Assembly: GCA_964016885.1 (NCBI GenBank)
Contig: OZ024742.1
Coordinates: 312,604,001-312,668,000, forward strand
DNA: 64,000 nt
Origin: Eledone cirrhosa
Lineage: Eukaryota
Reading direction: 5' to 3'
Shown here one piece after another: positions 41,011 through 53,292 of the stretch. A model generated the notes under the pieces. It ran no database searches. It saw nothing but the letters and a program-made list of their open reading frames with translations, and was not told where the DNA came from. The position numbers were made by a program, and so were the translations under genes. Position 1 is the first letter of the stretch. The number at the start of each line of letters is the position of its first letter.

Positions 41011-41150
41011 ATATATATATATGTGTGTATACATATATATATATATGAATGTATATATAGTGTATTTTGTAATACACTGTATGCTTAATTAAAAGCATTT
41101 CTAAGACCTTACGCTATTGTTTTAGAGTAGTGACAGTCTCACTTACTTTA

Positions 41151-41245
41151 ATTTTCAGCAAACAGGGGAGATAAAGCTGACAGAGCTCTGTTTCGCAATT
41201 TTTGGTGCTTATCAAAGCTAACTACTCCGCCTGTTTGCTGAAAAT
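41151..41245 (-). ncRNA. Type I hammerhead ribozyme, U3-A8 variant with extended helix I
   Basis: Reverse complement: ATTTTCAGCAAACAGG-CGGAG-TAGTT-AGCT-TTGATAA-GCACCAAAAATTGC-GAAA-CAGAGCTCTG-TC-AGCT-TTAT-CTCC-CCTGTTTGCTGAAAAT. Confidence 0.82.
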
Positions 41246-41543
41246 CATGAATGTTTGATAAGCACTAAAAAGTGCGAAACAGAGCTCTGTCAGCTTTATC
41301 TCCCCTGTTTGCTGAAAATTAAAGTAAGTGAGACTGTCACTACTCTAAAACAATAGCGTAAGGTCTTCGAAATGCTTTTAATTAAGCATACAGTGTATTG
41401 CAAAATACACTATATATACATTCATATATATATCGCTATTTCAGAGCACCAATTCTAATTTTCAATTTCTGCTTGGCCAGCAACCGCTCTGTATAATCAG
41501 TTCCTGATTATTACTAGAATTCTATAAGAATCAAACATTCATG

Positions 41544-41638
41544 ATTTTCAGCAAACAGGCGGAGTAGTTAGCTTTGATAAGCACCAAAAAGTGCGAAACA
41601 GGGCTCTGCCAGCTTTATCTCCCCTGTTTGCTGAAAAT
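41544..41638 (+). ncRNA. Type I hammerhead (U3-A8 variant); cleavage triplet reads GCC instead of GUC
   Basis: Same fold as 41151-41245 but ...GAAA-CAGGGCTCTG-CC-AGCT, so this copy is probably inactivated. Confidence 0.7.
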
Positions 41639-41791
41639 TAAAGTAAGTGAGACTCTCACTACTCTAAAACAATAGCGTAAGGTCTTCGAAATGCTTTTAA
41701 TTAAGCATACAGTGTATTGCAAAATACACTATATATACATTCATATATTTATCGCTATTTCAGAGCACCAATTCTAATTTTATATATATAT

Positions 41792-42810
41792 ACCAGCTGA
41801 ATTACCCGGCATTGCCTGGTTAGTGCTGTTCTTATTCAGATTAGTAAACAATAAATATGAAGATATGTTTTTTTTTTCTCATAATTATTTCAAAATATCT
41901 ACATTTCACTAAAAAAAATATTAAAATTGTAATGATAATAGAATTTAGAAATGAAAATCTGTCAATCTTGAAGCACCTTAGAGTAAACAATATTCATTGT
42001 GTCATTTTTTGTTGGTACCCAAATGAATAAATTGTTGCTACACACTCACACATACACTCTCATATACATATACTAAGACAGACACACACAGACATATATT
42101 CACGCAGACACACACATAGCTTTTCACCTCATTTTTGATCAGTTGCTACATATGTGTAGATGTGTGTGTGCATTTAATCACGTACCTAATGAACGCACAA
42201 GCAGACATATACATATTCATATACAAAATGTGACAAAGGTGTGTTGTTTTCTATTGTTGTAATGCAAATGAAAATAAAAATTATCACACATACACTCACA
42301 CACACATACACTCTCACATACACTCACACACACACACACACACTCACACATATATTCTCACATACACTCACACACACTCTCAAATACACTCATATATATA
42401 TATACTAAGACAGACACACACAGGCATACATTCACGCACAGCTGTCTGTCATCACATATGTATCTGTATGTGTAGATGTGTGTGTGTGTTTAATTATCTG
42501 TGTGTAAAGATAATGTGTATGCAACTTACGTAGTAACAAACTCGCAAACATACTCACAGACACACACACTCATATACAAAATGGAACTCGTGGTGGTGGT
42601 GGTGGTGGTAGTTTACTACAGTTCACTATAGAAATGTTATTTTAGATGAAATATATTTTTAAAAATCCAAATGGAAATAGAAATTACATGTTGACACTCC
42701 CGGGGTCTAATACTATTACCTGTAAAATTTGATTTGATTTGGTCCAGACATTTGAGAATGCATAGGAACAAACAGACAGAGAGACAAAGAATTTTATTTA
42801 TTTATATATG
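41792..42810 (-). mobile_element. Non-autonomous Helitron-like element
   Basis: The minus-strand 3' end CCAGGCAATGCCGGGG hairpin is followed by CTGG-T. The 5' part carries TGTCTGTTTGTT and a TGGACCAAATCAAATCAAATTTT motif; internal (CA)n repeats. Confidence 0.6.
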
Positions 42811-45725
42811 TTAAAAATAATGTTAAAAATAATGCTAACAAGAAATGGAAAAATAATATTCATAATACCAAAAATAGGACAAAATACATAACGAAACCAA
42901 ATATAATATCACACCAACAGGAATATAAATCCTGAACAGAGAAAAATCCACTTTTTAACGTCAGGACAACAAAAACCGGAAAAAGAAAAACTCCAGGAGG
43001 AAACATACCCAAAACAACTGTACACGTAGATCCTAAAATAATTAATTTATCCAAAAGAGATCTTGACAATGATGAAATGCAAATTCTGTCAAAAGGACTG
43101 AAATTCACATCGACTCCAACAGTCAACCACCAAGAACTGAAGGAGGATACCCAAGAATTCTGTCGAAAACTACGTCTTGTAGAATTCTTCGCTGATAAAA
43201 GTAATGAGAGTGATGAATCACTAGTAAAGAATAAATCAAATTTCACTCCGCCAAAAGGAAGAAATATCTATCTCGACCAATACATTGACATCCTGTCTAA
43301 ATTTCCTCTTAGACGTAAGCAGATAAAGGGGGTGCAGTTGTTATAATGGATACTGAATACTACAAAGATTTGGTTGAGGAACAACTGAAAGACACAACAT
43401 TCTATCATGAAATACCGTCAAATATAGACCACAACATCATGAAGAAGATCAACAACCTGGCTTCAAAATACCACAACTCACTTACTGATAAGGAAAAACA
43501 CTACATCACCAATTTTGAGCCAAAACCCAGCAACCTCTATGGCCTACCGAAAGCTCATAAGTCAAAAGAAATACAACTGGCAGTAAAAGAACAAAACAGT
43601 GAGTACATTAAATTACTACACCCAAAAGACTTAAAACTTAGACCTATTATAGCTGGTCCAACATGCCCCACCCATCGTCTAAGCAATTCTGTTGACATTA
43701 TTTTGAAACCACTATGTATTCACATATCCAGTTTCATCCGGGATGATATCGACTTCCTGTCCCATCTTCCCAAAACCACGGAAACGAATTCATTTCTACT
43801 TAGTTTTGATGTGGTAAGCCTTTACACCAACATTACACATGATTTAGGAATAAAGGCGGTTAAATACTGGGTGGAAAAACATAGAGAAGTGATTCCCATC
43901 AGATTCACAGCGCTATTTATATTAGACGCAGTTAAACTTATTCTGGAAAACAACACTTTCTTCTTCAATGGAAAGAATTACATCCAAATTAGAGACACAG
44001 CGATGGGAACGAAGTTTGCTCCCGTTTACGCGAACTCTGTAATGGGATACTTAGAACAACAACTCTACCAAGAAATAGAGGAAAAATATAGTACTGACTT
44101 TAGAAAGTACATTGAAAAATCTTGGAAGAGATACCTTGACGACTGTTTCATCATCTGGACAGAATCTCTAGATACTCTGGATGAGTTCAATATCCTCCTG
44201 AATAACCTACACCCATCTCTCCAATTCACAAAAGAGATGAGTAGGACCAAATTACCATTCCTAGATATAATGATAATCAAAAACGACACCACCATTACCA
44301 CGGATATATATTATAAACACACAGACACCCATCAATATCTGAATTTTAAGTCGTGCCATCCACCTCATACAAAACGCAACATCCCATACTGCCTAGCCAG
44401 AAGAATTTGTACCATTGTAGAAGATACGAATACCAGGAACAAACGCCTAACAGAACTAAGAGAATTTTTGCTCAAACAAAAATACCCATCTCTTCTTATA
44501 GAAAATGGCATACAGTGGGCTATAAAAATACCTATACAACAACTTAGGACAACCCAAGGAAGAAGAAACCAAGAACTGGTCATACCATTTATAATGACAC
44601 ACAATCTATGTCACCAGAATATCTTCAACACTGCCAAAGCAAACCTACCGATTATTGTTCAAAGTAATGAATTAAAAGGCTTAATCACATGTCGATCTTT
44701 GACTCTTAGTAAAAGACAGCCGAAAAATTTGAAGCAATTACTAACAAAAGCAAAGTTTGACCTTAACAACAAAGACCAATCATTCACTGTATCTAAATGC
44801 AATGCTAGTCGATGTGGCACATGTCAATCCATACACACCGGTCAATATATGAAAACAAAAACTGGAAAAATATTCCCAAATGCAAATATGAACTGCAAAA
44901 GCAGAAATCTAATTTACTGCATTAAATGCCCGAATTGTGAAGAACTATATGTCGGTCAAACTGGAAATCTACTATCGTAACGTGCACGGGTACACCGACA
45001 GCAAATCAGAGACCCAAATGTCCGTCAGATACCCCTGAATAACCATCTAGCAACATGTGGTCAGAGAATATTTATAATATTTCCATTCTACAAATTACAC
45101 AGCCCAAGTGAAATCAAGAGAAAAATCAAAGAAAAGAATTTTATTGATAAATTCAAACCCAAGCTAAATAAACAATAATAATGGGGTATTAATCCTACTA
45201 TGACTATGACTACGACCACTAACAACAACAACAACAACAATAATAATAATAAAAGTGATGTTGATGGTGGTGATTACTAGAAAATGCTATTTTCATCATT
45301 TCTAAAAATAGCAAAACAATTGATGCTTTGGATACGGTCAATTAGTAGTCGTTAGACATGCTCAACCAACCGTGACGCCTAAACCTTTAGTAATCCAGTG
45401 AAACTACACACCGATTGGTCGAAATACAGTTTGCCAGATTTAGCATTCTGTAGCCACTTTTCACTGTATATAAGGCACAACATTTACCCATCTCATTACA
45501 GTTGAAAATTGCAAACTTGACTGTCACCACAGAATATGAACCTGAAGATTGCAAAAGCATGAAAGTACTTGTTCAATTAACACTTAACATTTAATATTTT
45601 ACCATACTATTTCATTCTAATACCATTATAAATGTTAAAGGATTGTAAATAAAACGAGTAAATCAGACAAAGTTGGAATTCCTTTTATTAATATAATCTT
45701 CTATACACAATCATACACACCCGTG
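42810..45725 (+). mobile_element. Near full-length Penelope-like element (RT + Zn-knuckle + GIY-YIG, Neptune-like), disabled
   Basis: IINLSK..LSKGLKFTSTP, ADKGGAVVIMD, LYGLPKAHK, LRPII, FDVVSLYTNI, TAMGT, RYLDDCF, LPFLD, CNASRCGTC, NLIYCIKCPNC..LYVGQT. Deletion/frameshift at ~43315; premature TAA at 44978; the frame continues to FKPKLNKQ* at 45178; pLTR-like 3' region follows. Confidence 0.95.
45536..45585 (+). ncRNA. Minimal type I hammerhead in the PLE 3' pLTR
   Basis: TGAAC-CTGAAGA-TTGCAAAAGCAT-GAAA-GTAC-TT-GTTCA; helix I TGAAC/GTTCA, palindromic helix III. Confidence 0.75.
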
Positions 45726-45749
45726 TATATTTATCTATCTATCTATCTA

Positions 45750-45806
<57 letters not shown>

Positions 45807-45868
45807 ATATATATATATATATAGTGACGAAACATAAGTCAATTGCATGAACTCATAATCCTTTATTT

Positions 45869-45924
45869 ACTGCTATATATATTTCGATGATAGCCATTGA
45901 ATGGCTATGACCTCTTCAGGCAGT
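45869..45924 (-). ncRNA. Type I hammerhead ribozyme (same family as 52442)
   Basis: Reverse complement: ACTGC-CTGAAGA-GGTCATAGCCATTCAATGGCTATCATC-GAAA-TATATA-TA-GCAGT. Confidence 0.82.
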
Positions 45925-46666
45925 TAGTCAGTTCTTAGATATGCCAGCTCTGTGTTTATAGTGTTGATGGTATCAGAGCCTTGGGACATATGACCTTGTT
46001 AGGAATAATTTAATGTTGTCAGCAGGAATAGTCTTAATTCTCATTGGTCAGTTTGTAGATGCTAGTAGGGTTGGTATTTGACCTCAAAGAGGCAGGTGGT
46101 GTTGTAAAGTTCAAACTGTCAGGCAAGATGACAATAGTTCCATATGACTGATTTTCACAAAAAGCATTCCTGGTCAGATATATATTCAATTGAGGTTAAT
46201 AGTATGAAATAGATATTACAGGTCATTCTTAAATTGAGGAATTTATGTGGAGTGGTGCTACTGAAAATTATGGTTAGAGTAGAAAATTTACTTATGTAGG
46301 TTGGCTTGCACGTACACTCACACCCACCTCCACAGACACACACACACATCCACACATACAAATTGAGGAATTAATGTGGGGTGATAATACTTAAAATAAT
46401 GTTTAGAGTCAAATACTTAGATAGTTTAGAAATTTAGAAATAAAAGGCTTATGTTGGTTGACTTGTACATACACTCACACCTTCCCCCTCAGACAGACAC
46501 ACATCTACACACACAAATCCATACAGGTGTGTGTATATATATATGTACGCACAAGTATATATATATATATATATAAAATATATACATATATAAAATATAT
46601 ACATATATAAAATATATACATATACATAAAATACACATATACATAAAATATATACACATATAAAAT

Positions 46667-46741
<75 letters not shown>

Positions 46742-46743
<2 letters not shown>

Positions 46744-47080
46744 AGGCACATGGCTTAGTGGTTAGAGCATTGGCCTTGCAATCGAAAGGTTGTGAGTTCA
46801 ATTCTCAGACCGGGTGATGTGTTGTTTCCTTGAGCAAGACACTTTATTTCACATTGCTCCAGTTTACTCAACTGTAGAAATGAGATGATAGGGACTGGGG
46901 TCCAAATCATTCCACTGCAAAGTGGTCGTGGAGGTGCCACGGCAAAAAAGCACCCAGCACTCACTGTAAATGAGGTTGGTGTTAGGAAGGGTATCCAGCT
47001 GTAGAAATCAAGCCAGAATCAGTTCCCGTCCCACCCTTGCAAGCAGGGAAAAAGTGGACGTAAAAATGAAAAAATGAAAT
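46742..47080 (+). mobile_element. Full-length family C SINE with RTE-family-2-type tail; truncated sister at ~35285-35557
   Basis: A box TGGCTTAGTGGTTAGAGC, B box GTTCAATTC, CORE-like TTGAGCAAGACACTTTA, tail CCCGTCCCACCCTTGCAAGCAGGG. Confidence 0.88.
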
Positions 47081-47099
47081 ATATATATATAAAATCAGG

Positions 47100-48151
47100 T
47101 TCAATAAAACGTGGTTTTGATGACTCCTAACCAGTAGAGGATCCAGTGGACCATCCACCATAGGGACCACAAACTATGGGTTGTAGGTATTAGACCGGTG
47201 GGGTATGCGGGACCTTCTACCGGGGGTGGTGACGGATAGGGGTCTGGGAGTGTTACTACTTGTCACCGAGGTATTAGGTGGGCGACTCATGCCCCTGAGG
47301 GTATTTGTCCGGGGTATCCTTGGGTCATCTTGATCATGTTCCTTAGGGTTGTAGCTGATCCTATGGCTGTGGGACGCCTTGGCTAGCACTGAGTTATAAT
47401 AATCAGCGTTACTATTGAAGATCTCTTTATTGGCCGACAAGTTAGAGATCCTGTCAGAGACACTCTTAACTACAGCCTTAACTATAGATCTAGGGTGATT
47501 GGACCCAGCGTTGATATACACCAGCTTCTCATTGGGTTTATGATATGGGTGGTGTAGCTTGGTGTTGAGGTTGAGGGTGGTGTCCAGGAAATTCACTACT
47601 TTTCTATTGGGTTCCATCTCTACTTTAAGTCCTACCTTGCTAAAGAAGTGCCTAATTCTCCTCTTCATATTTTCGACCATTGTGGTGCTGTGGTCCACTA
47701 CGGTGAAGAGTGCGTCATCTCGGTACAGCCCGCCACCCAGGTTGGGTATTTCTCTCCTGATCTCGTAGAGTATGTATATCCCAACCAAGTCCGTTAGCTG
47801 CGCGGAGTCACTGGAGCCCATTGTAATGTCAAAATTATTTGGCCAGTCGCTCCGAATCGGATCAGGGTCTTTCTGGCGGCATGTATGATTCGGACCTCGT
47901 CGCGTGTTAGGTCTGTCCTATTCATCGCGAATATGAGTGCCTTATTTAGGACTATGGGCGAGATAGAGGAGTAGTAATTGTTGATGTCTAGTTGTATGAA
48001 GCTAGTCCTATGTTTGTCAGGTAAAAATGTAGACCAGTCCAGCACCTGGCTGGTGCAGGACCAGAGTTGTAACCTTATTTTACTCTTAAGTGTGGGCAGG
48101 ATCCTATCTAAAATGCTTTTGCTAATAACCCGCATGTCTGACCGGGAGGGG

Positions 48152-48152
<1 letters not shown>
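47100..48152 (-). mobile_element. Penelope-like RT fragment (YRDD type)
   Basis: ISKSILDRI...[13 protein letters not shown]...[18 protein letters not shown]...GLYRDD...VNFLDTTLNL...PYHKPN..YINAGSNHP; 5' end abuts (TA)n. Confidence 0.9.
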
Positions 48153-48241
<89 letters not shown>

Positions 48242-48276
48242 GTATATATGTATATATATATATATATGTATATACA

Positions 48277-48832
48277 CAGTTCAAGAGTAACCAATCTTAA
48301 AGAGAGAGATGGAGATAGGAGAGGAGAGATTGGTGAATTAGTTAGAAGCCAAAGCGTAAAGGCATGTGCTCAATGTGCAATATGCAGTGGTAAGCAGCGA
48401 GGTGGCTGGGTTCATGCAGAAGTTAGGCGCGCAGAGCTGGAAATATTCATTAGTTAAGCAAAACAAGACCACAAATTTCGCAAGGAAGACATTATAAGAA
48501 GATTGTCAACATATTTTAGTTTGATGTAAGGAATGTAGAGAATAATAATAATAATATTAATAATAATAATGTCCGTTTACAATTGTTTCGCTACTCCATA
48601 TAATATTTTTGGATCAAATGACTATATATCATTATTGATCTGGTTCAGTTGAAAATAATTAACATATTTAAAGACAGAGCGGCTCATCAGAATTTCAAAG
48701 GAATATAAATTAAAATAATTATTAATATTATTATTATTATTCTCTACATTCCTTACATCAAACTAAAATATGTTGACAATCTTCTAATAATGTCTTCCTT
48801 GTGAAATTTGAGGTCTTGTTTTGCTTAACTAA

Positions 48833-48839
<7 letters not shown>
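48277..48839 (-). mobile_element. Fold-back element with a hammerhead-like core in the spacer
   Basis: Inverted arms 48443-48564 and 48719-48839, ~165-bp unpaired tail, (TA)n on both sides. Minus-strand CTGATGA-GCCGCTC...GAGTAGC-GAAA-CAATTG-TA at 48576-48692. Confidence 0.7.
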
Positions 48840-48876
<37 letters not shown>

Positions 48877-49160
48877 TATTGGTAGATTGGCAGTATAAGT
48901 AGAGCGCCGAACACCAGGCTTTGTAGTATAGAGTTACAGCACTTTACATTCTTTTTGCTTTTCATCCTTACAGGGTTGACAAAATAAAGTACCAGTAAGC
49001 ACTGGGGTCGATTTAATTGACTTTCCCTCCCCTATTGCTGACCTTGTGCCTAAAGTAGAAACAATTATATATATATATGTACATATTATATATATATATG
49101 CACACATATATATATGTATGTATAAATACATACATTCACATATATATGTGTGTATGTATG

Positions 49161-49245
<85 letters not shown>

Positions 49246-49247
<2 letters not shown>

Positions 49248-50872
49248 TACCTAGCTAAAAGTAAACCCCTATACTTAGCTTTTGTTGACTTGGAGAAAGC
49301 CTTTGACAAAGTCCCCCGCTCCATTATCTGGTGGGCTCTTAGAAAACTAGGTGTCGATGAATGGCTTGTGAGAGCTATACAAGCCATGTATAATGAAACA
49401 GTCAGCAAGGTTAGAATTAACAACGAATATAGTGAAGAATTTAGCATAAAAGTTGGTGTTCATCAGGGCTCTGTCCTTAGGGCCCTCCTATTTATTATTG
49501 CCCTTCAGGCTATAACAGAGGAGTTCAAGACTCGCTGTCCATGGGAACTTCTATATGCAGATGATCTAACGCTCATAGCTGAATCAATGGCTGAACTAGA
49601 GAAGAAATTCCAAACATGGGAGCATGGCCTAGAATCAAAAGGCCTTAAAATTAACTTGTCTAAGACTAAAGTTCTAGTATGTAGGAAGAAAAACAGGGCA
49701 CTGGTCCCCTCTGGGAAAAGGCCATGCTCAGTGTGTAGGAAAGGAGTAGGCAGAAACTCTATTTTATGTCCCAAATGCAAAGTATGGGTGCATAAACGAT
49801 GTAGTGGGATCACAGGTAAGCTAGCTAAGAACAGATTTTATATGTGACCGGTGCTCAGGTGCAATAAGTAGTAGCAAGTGCCCACAGGATACTAGCTCCT
49901 TCTATTGCCCAGATGGCTCTATAGAAATAGTGGACACCTTCTGTTACCTGGGTGACAAAATCAGCAGTGGTGGAGGGTGCTCTGAAAGTACAGTAGCCAA
50001 AGTCAGAACGGGATGGAAAAAGTTCAGAGAGCTTATACCACTATTGGCCGCTACAGGTTTCTCTCTAAAAATGAAAGGCAGACTGTATGATGCCTGCATA
50101 CGAACAGCAATGTTACATGGCAGTGAGACATGGGCATTGTGTGCAGAGGATCTGCGCAGACTGGAGAGAAACGAAGCTTGCATGCTCCGTTGGATGTGTA
50201 ATATTACTATACATGAACGGCAAAGCATAAATGAACTAAGTGTTTACTCGAGAGAAGACTACGTTGGTATGGTCACGTGATGCGCATGAAAGACGACAGC
50301 TGTATAAAAAGGTGCAGTGTAATCAAAATTGATGGAAGTTACGGAGTAGGCAGACCCAGAAAAACCTGGGACGATTTGATAAATTCCAACCTTACATACT
50401 TACACTTCTCTAAGACAATGTCACTGGACTGAGATCTTTGGCGCTACGCAGTAATACAGAAGACCCGCCTCCTAAGTGCAAAGCGAAACCCTCAGTCAGT
50501 AGGCACCTCTTAACCAAAAATACACCCCCATCAAACTACCCCTACCCCACCCCCATCTACACCACCCCTTTCTCTGTACAGTTATGTTGGTACCACAACA
50601 TCCAGTCCTAAATAAATGAGGTTGTGTAGGTGTCACGACAAAAAAACACGCAGTCCACGCTGTAATGTGGCCGTGTAGGTAACACGGTAAAACCTCCCAG
50701 TCCACACTGTAAACGTGGTTGGTGTTAGGAAGGGCATCCAGCTGTAGAAAACCCGCCAGACAGTCCTATACGAGCAAGACAACCACTCTTGCCTCAAGTG
50801 GGACAATTCCCGTCTAAACCCATGCTAGCGTGGAAGATGGACGTTAAACGATGATGATGATGATGATGATGA
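49246..50872 (+). mobile_element. 5'-truncated RTE LINE (family 1, 31-bp-deletion variant) inserted in (TA)n
   Basis: [30 protein letters not shown]-like finger, HGSETW, 3'UTR and (GAT)n tail. Confidence 0.94.
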
Positions 50873-51335
50873 TATTATATATATATATATATATACTATA
50901 AGGGTAAAGTAGGGAGAAGTATATATATACATATATACACACATATATATATATATATGTATATATATGTGTGTGTGTATGTGTGGTGGTAGTGGTGATG
51001 ATAGTGATGATGATCAGGATTAGGCTCATGATGATGATTCATCTCTAAAGATAAGATTAATTGTCTATAATTGTATAGTATATATATATATTGCTAGCAC
51101 TGATTCAGCAATATATAGGATACAGGATATAGGAAAATAATGGATATAGCATTCATATCAATAGTCATAAAGCTTATAGAGTGACCTGTGCAAGTTACAA
51201 AAGCCAATAACCACAAACACAATGAAGATGATTCATATGTCTACATTATCCTAAAATACAATTTTACTTCCAGCACATGGAAATGTGTATTGTTTTGTGT
51301 GATCTGAAAAAAGATCTATGATGAATGATATAGTC

Positions 51336-51920
51336 CAGAAGTTCTCAAACTTTTTGAGCCACTGACCCCACACAACCATGTAATACCCTCAGTACCCCCT
51401 CAACCCTATTTCCAGAGAGACTTGCCTACACTCAAATTGTAAATCTCTATATATAAAAACGAAAATGTCTGTTTGTCTGTCTGTATACAGGCGATACATT
51501 TCCACAGTTTCCATCCAATTTTGTTCAAATCTGATACTCCCGGAGCATAGCAACATGTAGTTTAAATCTTTCTCTCCCCTAAAATAGAAAAGATCTGGGG
51601 CTATTTAAAGACTGCCATGTTGATAAGAGAGAGAGGGGTCTTTATTGACAGTGGTGAAAGTTGTGTCTGGCAACGACAGGTTCTTTTGCTAGTAATATAT
51701 ATTAAATAAAATCATTGATTTATACATAATAAATAATATAATATATACTATGTATAAACAAATACTATATATTTTTATTTTACTATATTTATATGTATGT
51801 ATTATTTGATATTTAATATACTACTATACCATCTCTCCCAACCTCCTTAATTCCCAGCGTCCCCTAGAAACTTCTTCACACCACACCGGGAGGCGATAGC
51901 ACCCACTCTGAGAACCTGTG
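51336..51920. mobile_element. hAT/Charlie-like MITE containing a nested Helitron
   Basis: Ends CAGAAGTTCTCAAACT and CTGAGAACCTGTG resemble CAG.GGTTCTCAA-type TIRs. Confidence 0.55.
51444..51692 (+). mobile_element. Short non-autonomous Helitron
   Basis: 5' TC(TCTATATATAAAA), (TGTC)n, subterminal CTGGCAACGACAGG hairpin, CTAG 3' end, inserted between A and T. Confidence 0.7.
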
Positions 51921-52419
51921 GTCTATAATGTGGTCTATTTTGTTGCATAATGCACATAACGTTGAAACATGAATAGTATTCATTATAAGATTGGAAAATA
52001 GAGACGTTGGGTGTGTGACTCACCTGTGTGTGAAATAAATTCAGAGTTTATCAATTATTATTTACCACTAACTTATGTTTTCTAGTTACAACAAGGTTAG
52101 CCTTGTTCTAACTAAACCCACAGTAGCAACAGGTTACCCAAATAAACTAACTGTCTCCCTTCTTCACTCAATTAACATTATGTATAATTAGATAGGTCAT
52201 ATATGTTAGAGAACTTCAGAAGACTGACACTACCACCTTTACCAATGCATATACGTCTTCCACCCACCACTTCTCTAGAAATTCAAGTATATATCCATAC
52301 ACATTCAACACATTCACATAACCATTCAATTCTACTGCTAAACAGTGAAATCTTTGTCAGTAGATTATTTGTGTATGTAAATATATATATATATAAAATA
52401 AAATAAATAAGTCAAATGT

Positions 52420-52888
52420 TTAAAATTTGGCTTCGTTTATTACTGCTATATATATTTCGGTGACAGCCATCTTTGGCTGTGACCTCTTCAGGCAGTCCGA
52501 AATAGTGTGGTAGAGACGAGTACACATGTTGTTGAGGTGCTTAACTTTGTCAATACTCTGATATGCCCAGTTCCTGGTTGGGTTGTTGTTTCATATATAT
52601 TATCATATATATAATCATATGATTCCAGTTCCTCAATGAAACAACAACCCAACCAGGAACTGGGCATATCAGAGTATTGACAAAGTTAAACGCCTCAACA
52701 ACATGTGTACTCGTCTCTACCACACTAATTCGGACTGCCTGAAAAGGTCACAACCAAAGATGGCTGTCACTGAAATATATATAGCAGTAATAAACGAAGC
52801 CAAATTTTAACCAAACCAACCTGCGCACTTCGTCGAGTGCTCCAATCTGCATACTGAGGTGTTGGTATACAACCAACATATACTCAAT
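52420..52888. mobile_element. Fold-back element with hammerheads on both arms
   Basis: Arms 52420-52594 and 52636-52810; ~77-bp right tail, then (TA)n. Confidence 0.82.
52442..52496 (-). ncRNA. Type I hammerhead ribozyme (intact core)
   Basis: Reverse complement: ACTGC-CTGAAGA-GGTCACAGCCAAAGATGGCTGTCACC-GAAA-TATATA-TA-GCAGT. The mirror copy at 52734-52788 (+) reads CTGAAAA (G8A). Confidence 0.83.
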
Positions 52889-53087
52889 ATATATATATAT
52901 ATATTTATTAAAATAACAGATTAAAGTTTAAGCAAAGAATTGCTGCTTTCACCCTTAACGGGATCTTCTGAAACTATATATATATCATTCTGAAAATATA
53001 TATATCATCATCATCATCATTTAACATCCGTTTTCCTTGATAGCAATATATATAATATTTAATTTATGCTATAACACAACATATTTT

Positions 53088-53292
53088 AAGGTAAACTGAA
53101 AAGTTCCTGGGTTTGGGTAAAAGAAAGTACAGGAGGATTAGTTAATTATGGTTTTATTCAAAATATACCCCTCTCAGATTCACACACATATTGCAACAGC
53201 CCTGCAGTTTTTCTAAGCTGTTTTTATAACCTACCTCCCCTACCCTTTCGCAATACCCTTAAGCCAGGAACTTTTCAGCACCCCCCCTCGTA
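53088..53292. mobile_element. mariner-like MITE
   Basis: CTGAAAAGTTCCTGG / CCAGGAACTTTTCAG inverted repeat; right end ...CCCCCTCG-TA. Confidence 0.65.

Larger units (their letters stand above)
41041..41781. mobile_element. Retrozyme-like element: 319-bp tandem unit (~1.6 copies) preceded by an inverted partial copy; three HHR motifs
   Basis: Core TTGATAA at 41255 and 41574 (period 319); minus-strand copy 41041-41258; flanked by (TA)n. Confidence 0.82.

Noticed and set aside
46742-46812. tRNA gene candidates (also 55484, 54405 and family A heads)
   Set aside because: The A and B boxes continue into SINE bodies, with no complete cloverleaf or acceptor stem.
52935-52975. Minus-strand CAGAAGA...GAAA hammerhead-like pattern
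   Set aside because: Core mismatch at U4, no UH after helix III and no helix I.
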